Shown: in pieces, positions 61,435 through 64,000 of the stretch | How positions within the stretch are numbered: the first letter of the stretch is position 1 | Layout: every line of letters begins with the position of its first letter | Origin: a virus | IMG/VR virus record: IMGVR_UViG_3300040751_002066 | Location: 4,930 to 68,929 of that record | Length of the DNA stretch: 64,000 nt | Strand: one strand, 5' to 3' | Notes under the pieces: generated by a model | Database searches by the model: none | The model's input: only the letters and a program-made list of their open reading frames with translations | What the model was told of the DNA's origin: nothing | Translations under genes and position numbers: made by a program

Positions 61435-62667
61435 GTGGCTAAGACTGTATCCACCCTCCAGTCCCTTCTGTCGGTGTACACGCACCCCGACCGTACTTTC
61501 TTGGCGACTCTCAACGAAATTCTCCCCCAGCTCGCATCCAAAGGGATCTGGAAGGACTTGACTTTTGAACAGTCCATCACGCTCGAGGACGGGGATCGGT
61601 TCTTCACACTGCCGGAAGAGGCGGACTCGATCCTGCACGCCATCGTCAACAACCGGCCCAGTCCTGTCCAGCCACTCTGGAATACGTATGTCAACGAGGG
61701 GGCAACCTCCGGAAGATCCGGACGTTGGTATGGCGTCGAAGATGCGGGGTACATCCCCACCAAAGAGGTACTATCCTCTGAACATTTTTATGCACTGGTG
61801 GCCTTCTCCGACTTCGAGTGGGGATCGGTGCTCGGGACCAACCGGGTCGCGGCCCAGAATCTTTCGGTCACTGATGAAGTGGTGATTGAGTATGAGGACT
61901 TCCAAGGCGCCGTCCGCACCGTTACGTGGAACCCAGAGGCCACATCTGGGCCTCGCCACATCCCCACCTCTCCTGTTAAGAACATCCGTTCCATCAAGCA
62001 CACGGGGTTTGACGTACCATGCCGGATCGTCGCGGTCCCCATTGAGCACTACGGAACCTTCTCTTCCCCCGGCGCCTCCATCGCCAACCTATCTGCATGG
62101 GCAGACTACCCTTCCGCGTACCTCACCCTGTTCCCGGACCCCCCAACCAGCGCCGCGTATCTGTACGACGCTGCCGGGTCCGGTCTGGTGAGCGCCCCTT
62201 TTCTCCCCACTTCCCCCACAGACACCTCAGGAGGTACCACTGCGTACCCCGGGGGCACTGGTTCGTGGGAGGTGTACGCGTTTCCTGACTCATGGCTCGG
62301 GGACGTACAAGACGCCAACGGGACGGGCCTCAAGACCGTCGCGATCCTGAAGGGGGACGGAGTGACCCGGTACCGATTGTTCAGGCAACAGGCCTCAGGG
62401 AACCAAGTCCATCTTCTTTTGCGTAAGGCGATGCCCACACTGACGGGGGACGAAGACATCGTTTGTCTCGACAATGTGTCGGCACTCAAGTATGCTATCC
62501 TTGCCAATGTCGCCGAATTCAACAATGACCTCACCCAAGCCCGCGGATGGTGGGCCGAGGCGGAGCGGGAACTCAATGAAGAATTAAGTAAAACCCTCGG
62601 GGCGGCCACCCCCCAAGTTAGGTTTGACCCCTCCGGGGGGCTCGGTGGCGTTGAAGCAATCACCTAA
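61435..62667 (+). CDS. Virion protein, probable head-tail adaptor/tail tubular protein
   Basis: LNE....L...G.WK N-terminus, TLP, C-terminal N..ALK...LA...E helices; likely GTG start at 61435. Confidence 0.6.
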   Translation: MAKTVSTLQSLLSVYTHPDRTFLATLNEILPQLASKGIWKDLTFEQSITLEDGDRFFTLPEEADSILHAIVNNRPSPVQPLWNTYVNEGATSGRSGRWYGVEDAGYIPTKEVLSSEHFYALVAFSDFEWGSVLGTNRVAAQNLSVTDEVVIEYEDFQGAVRTVTWNPEATSGPRHIPTSPVKNIRSIKHTGFDVPCRIVAVPIEHYGTFSSPGASIANLSAWADYPSAYLTLFPDPPTSAAYLYDAAGSGLVSAPFLPTSPTDTSGGTTAYPGGTGSWEVYAFPDSWLGDVQDANGTGLKTVAILKGDGVTRYRLFRQQASGNQVHLLLRKAMPTLTGDEDIVCLDNVSALKYAILANVAEFNNDLTQARGWWAEAERELNEELSKTLGAATPQVRFDPSGGLGGVEAIT

Positions 62668-62675
62668 TCACCATC

Positions 62676-62951
62676 ATGAACATTACTACTCTTATCAATG
62701 CCGCCGCGGGACTAAACGGGGTCCAGTACATTACTCCCGGCGAGACGGTCAACGCCCCCTCGGGTCGGATCATCATGTCCCTAATCCCCATGGGGGGAGA
62801 CGCTACGTTGAGTGGGATAATTGCTACGAGCCCCAATGCAGGCGTCCCCAGCGACATAGTGCTGACCCAAGACGTGGCGTACCCCCTTGCTTGCAGCTCA
62901 GTTACCCTTGACGCCGGGAGCGTCGGCAACCTCCTTGTAATTTTCGCGTAA
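62676..62951 (+). CDS. Small virion protein
   Basis: 91-aa beta-rich ORF. Confidence 0.65.
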   Translation: MNITTLINAAAGLNGVQYITPGETVNAPSGRIIMSLIPMGGDATLSGIIATSPNAGVPSDIVLTQDVAYPLACSSVTLDAGSVGNLLVIFA

Positions 62952-63109
62952 TGGCCTTCCTTCTACGAACTCTAAAACTCATCGGGTGTCAAGTAGGATG
63001 CCCCGCCTCAGGGGGTGGGGAACCCGCGGAGGCATCCTATTACCTTCGTCCAGACGGGGTTTCCTTTTACCTCCAACCTGATGGAATCTCTAAATACCAA
63101 CGACCTTAA
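62951..63109 (+). CDS. 52-aa hypothetical protein (not in the ORF track)
   Basis: TAATG-coupled; YYLRPDGVSFYLQPDGISKYQRP internal repeat. Confidence 0.6.
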   Translation: MAFLLRTLKLIGCQVGCPASGGGEPAEASYYLRPDGVSFYLQPDGISKYQRP

Positions 63110-63112
63110 GAA

Positions 63113-64000
63113 ATGGCTGATGTAATTTTATCAACTGCAATCGACAAGTTCCTGACCGGAACTGCGCTAACCGGTGGCGAGGCGACCACTTTACGTTCTG
63201 CCTTGATCGCACTTGGCGGAGCTGATGTTATCAATGATCTCGTATCGGGGGGAGTTGCTGTCCCTCTATCAGCAGCGCAAGGAGTGGCCTTGAAAGCCTT
63301 GATTGACGCGAAAGGAGACCTTTTGGCGGCTAACAATCTCTCAGACTTAGAGAATGCCGCAACGGCAGCGACGAACCTTGGGCTGGGTGCTGCTGATGAC
63401 GTGACTCATGGGAGTCTGACGGTGGATGGGGCAGTAACGGTAAATGCTGGAACCGATAGCGTAATCTTCAATTTTGGGGAAACTGGTAGATCGTTCACTT
63501 TCGACTACGGTTCCAGCAAAGTAATAACAACTGCGGTATTGAGCATGAGTTACAAGGATATCGAAAAAACGGCAAATATTTATCCCCAACTTGATAATTC
63601 TGCCGACCTAGGACAAATTGCAAAACGATACCGAGACGGATTCTTTGGCGGGACAGTCGCAACGGGAAACCTCGAGGCGAGCGGCACGGTCACGGCTGCG
63701 GGGGGGAGCTTTACTGGGGACCTGAATTTAACAAGCAGCACGTCGGCCAAGCCGCTGTTTAATGTCGAAAATACCAACAGTAATTCGGCTGGTGCAGTTA
63801 TTCAGGTTTACAAAAACACTCCTTCACCCGGTATAAATGATACAATTGGGAGTTTTAATTTCTTATCGAAAAGTAACCAAGGATCAGGCAGAGTTTACTC
63901 GTCCATAATTGCGAGAATCCATGATCCAGTTGCGGCGACCCTAAGTGGTGAACTTAAATTCAATCTTTGGTCGGCAGGCTCGGAGTCTACCGTGATGACG
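63113..64000 (+). CDS. Tail fibre / receptor-binding protein (truncated by the window end)
   Basis: Open from ATG 63113; LSAAQGVALK and GDLLAANNLSDLENAATAATNLGL fibre motifs; visibly more AT-rich than the rest. Confidence 0.8.
   Translation, partial: MADVILSTAIDKFLTGTALTGGEATTLRSALIALGGADVINDLVSGGVAVPLSAAQGVALKALIDAKGDLLAANNLSDLENAATAATNLGLGAADDVTHGSLTVDGAVTVNAGTDSVIFNFGETGRSFTFDYGSSKVITTAVLSMSYKDIEKTANIYPQLDNSADLGQIAKRYRDGFFGGTVATGNLEASGTVTAAGGSFTGDLNLTSSTSAKPLFNVENTNSNSAGAVIQVYKNTPSPGINDTIGSFNFLSKSNQGSGRVYSSIIARIHDPVAATLSGELKFNLWSAGSESTVMT

Overview
This window is about 64 kb of a GC-rich tailed dsDNA phage genome, probably podovirus-like. The host is not determinable. Sigma70-type promoters with almost no Shine-Dalgarno motifs would fit the PVC superphylum, but that is inference. 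There are four blocks. (1) 1-9.7 kb, minus strand: replication and nucleotide module (family A DNA polymerase truncated by the window edge, putative SSB, DUF2800-type nuclease, SF2 helicase, Acb2/Tad1-like protein, dATP/dGTP diphosphohydrolase domain, HD nucleotidase, RuvC, HTH/TerS-like protein). (2) 9.7-26.9 kb, plus strand: TerL, tRNA-fMet, tRNA-Gly and probable internal virion proteins, including one of 4311 aa. (3) 27-43.7 kb, minus strand: early/accessory region (RNA ligase, SAM-lyase-like protein, AAA+/VWA-peptidase module, many small ORFs) built as hairpin-plus-(CCAACAA)n cassettes. (4) 44.4-64 kb, plus strand: HNH, portal, KpsS-like glycosyltransferase, sulfotransferase, scaffold, major capsid, lysis, tail, GT25 and tail fibre. 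The most unusual signals are non-coding. They are a recurrent promoter-like motif GGGGTTGACA-N7-TAnnnT, 10 bp shorter than the canonical spacing also used here; a 13-copy TACTRGT-N4-ACYAGTA dyad/hairpin confined to the early region; and a 325-bp inverted-repeat element whose core recurs, inverted, 32 kb away. There is also a possible virion glycosylation/sulfation pathway. All calls come from reading motifs by eye; no database searches were run.
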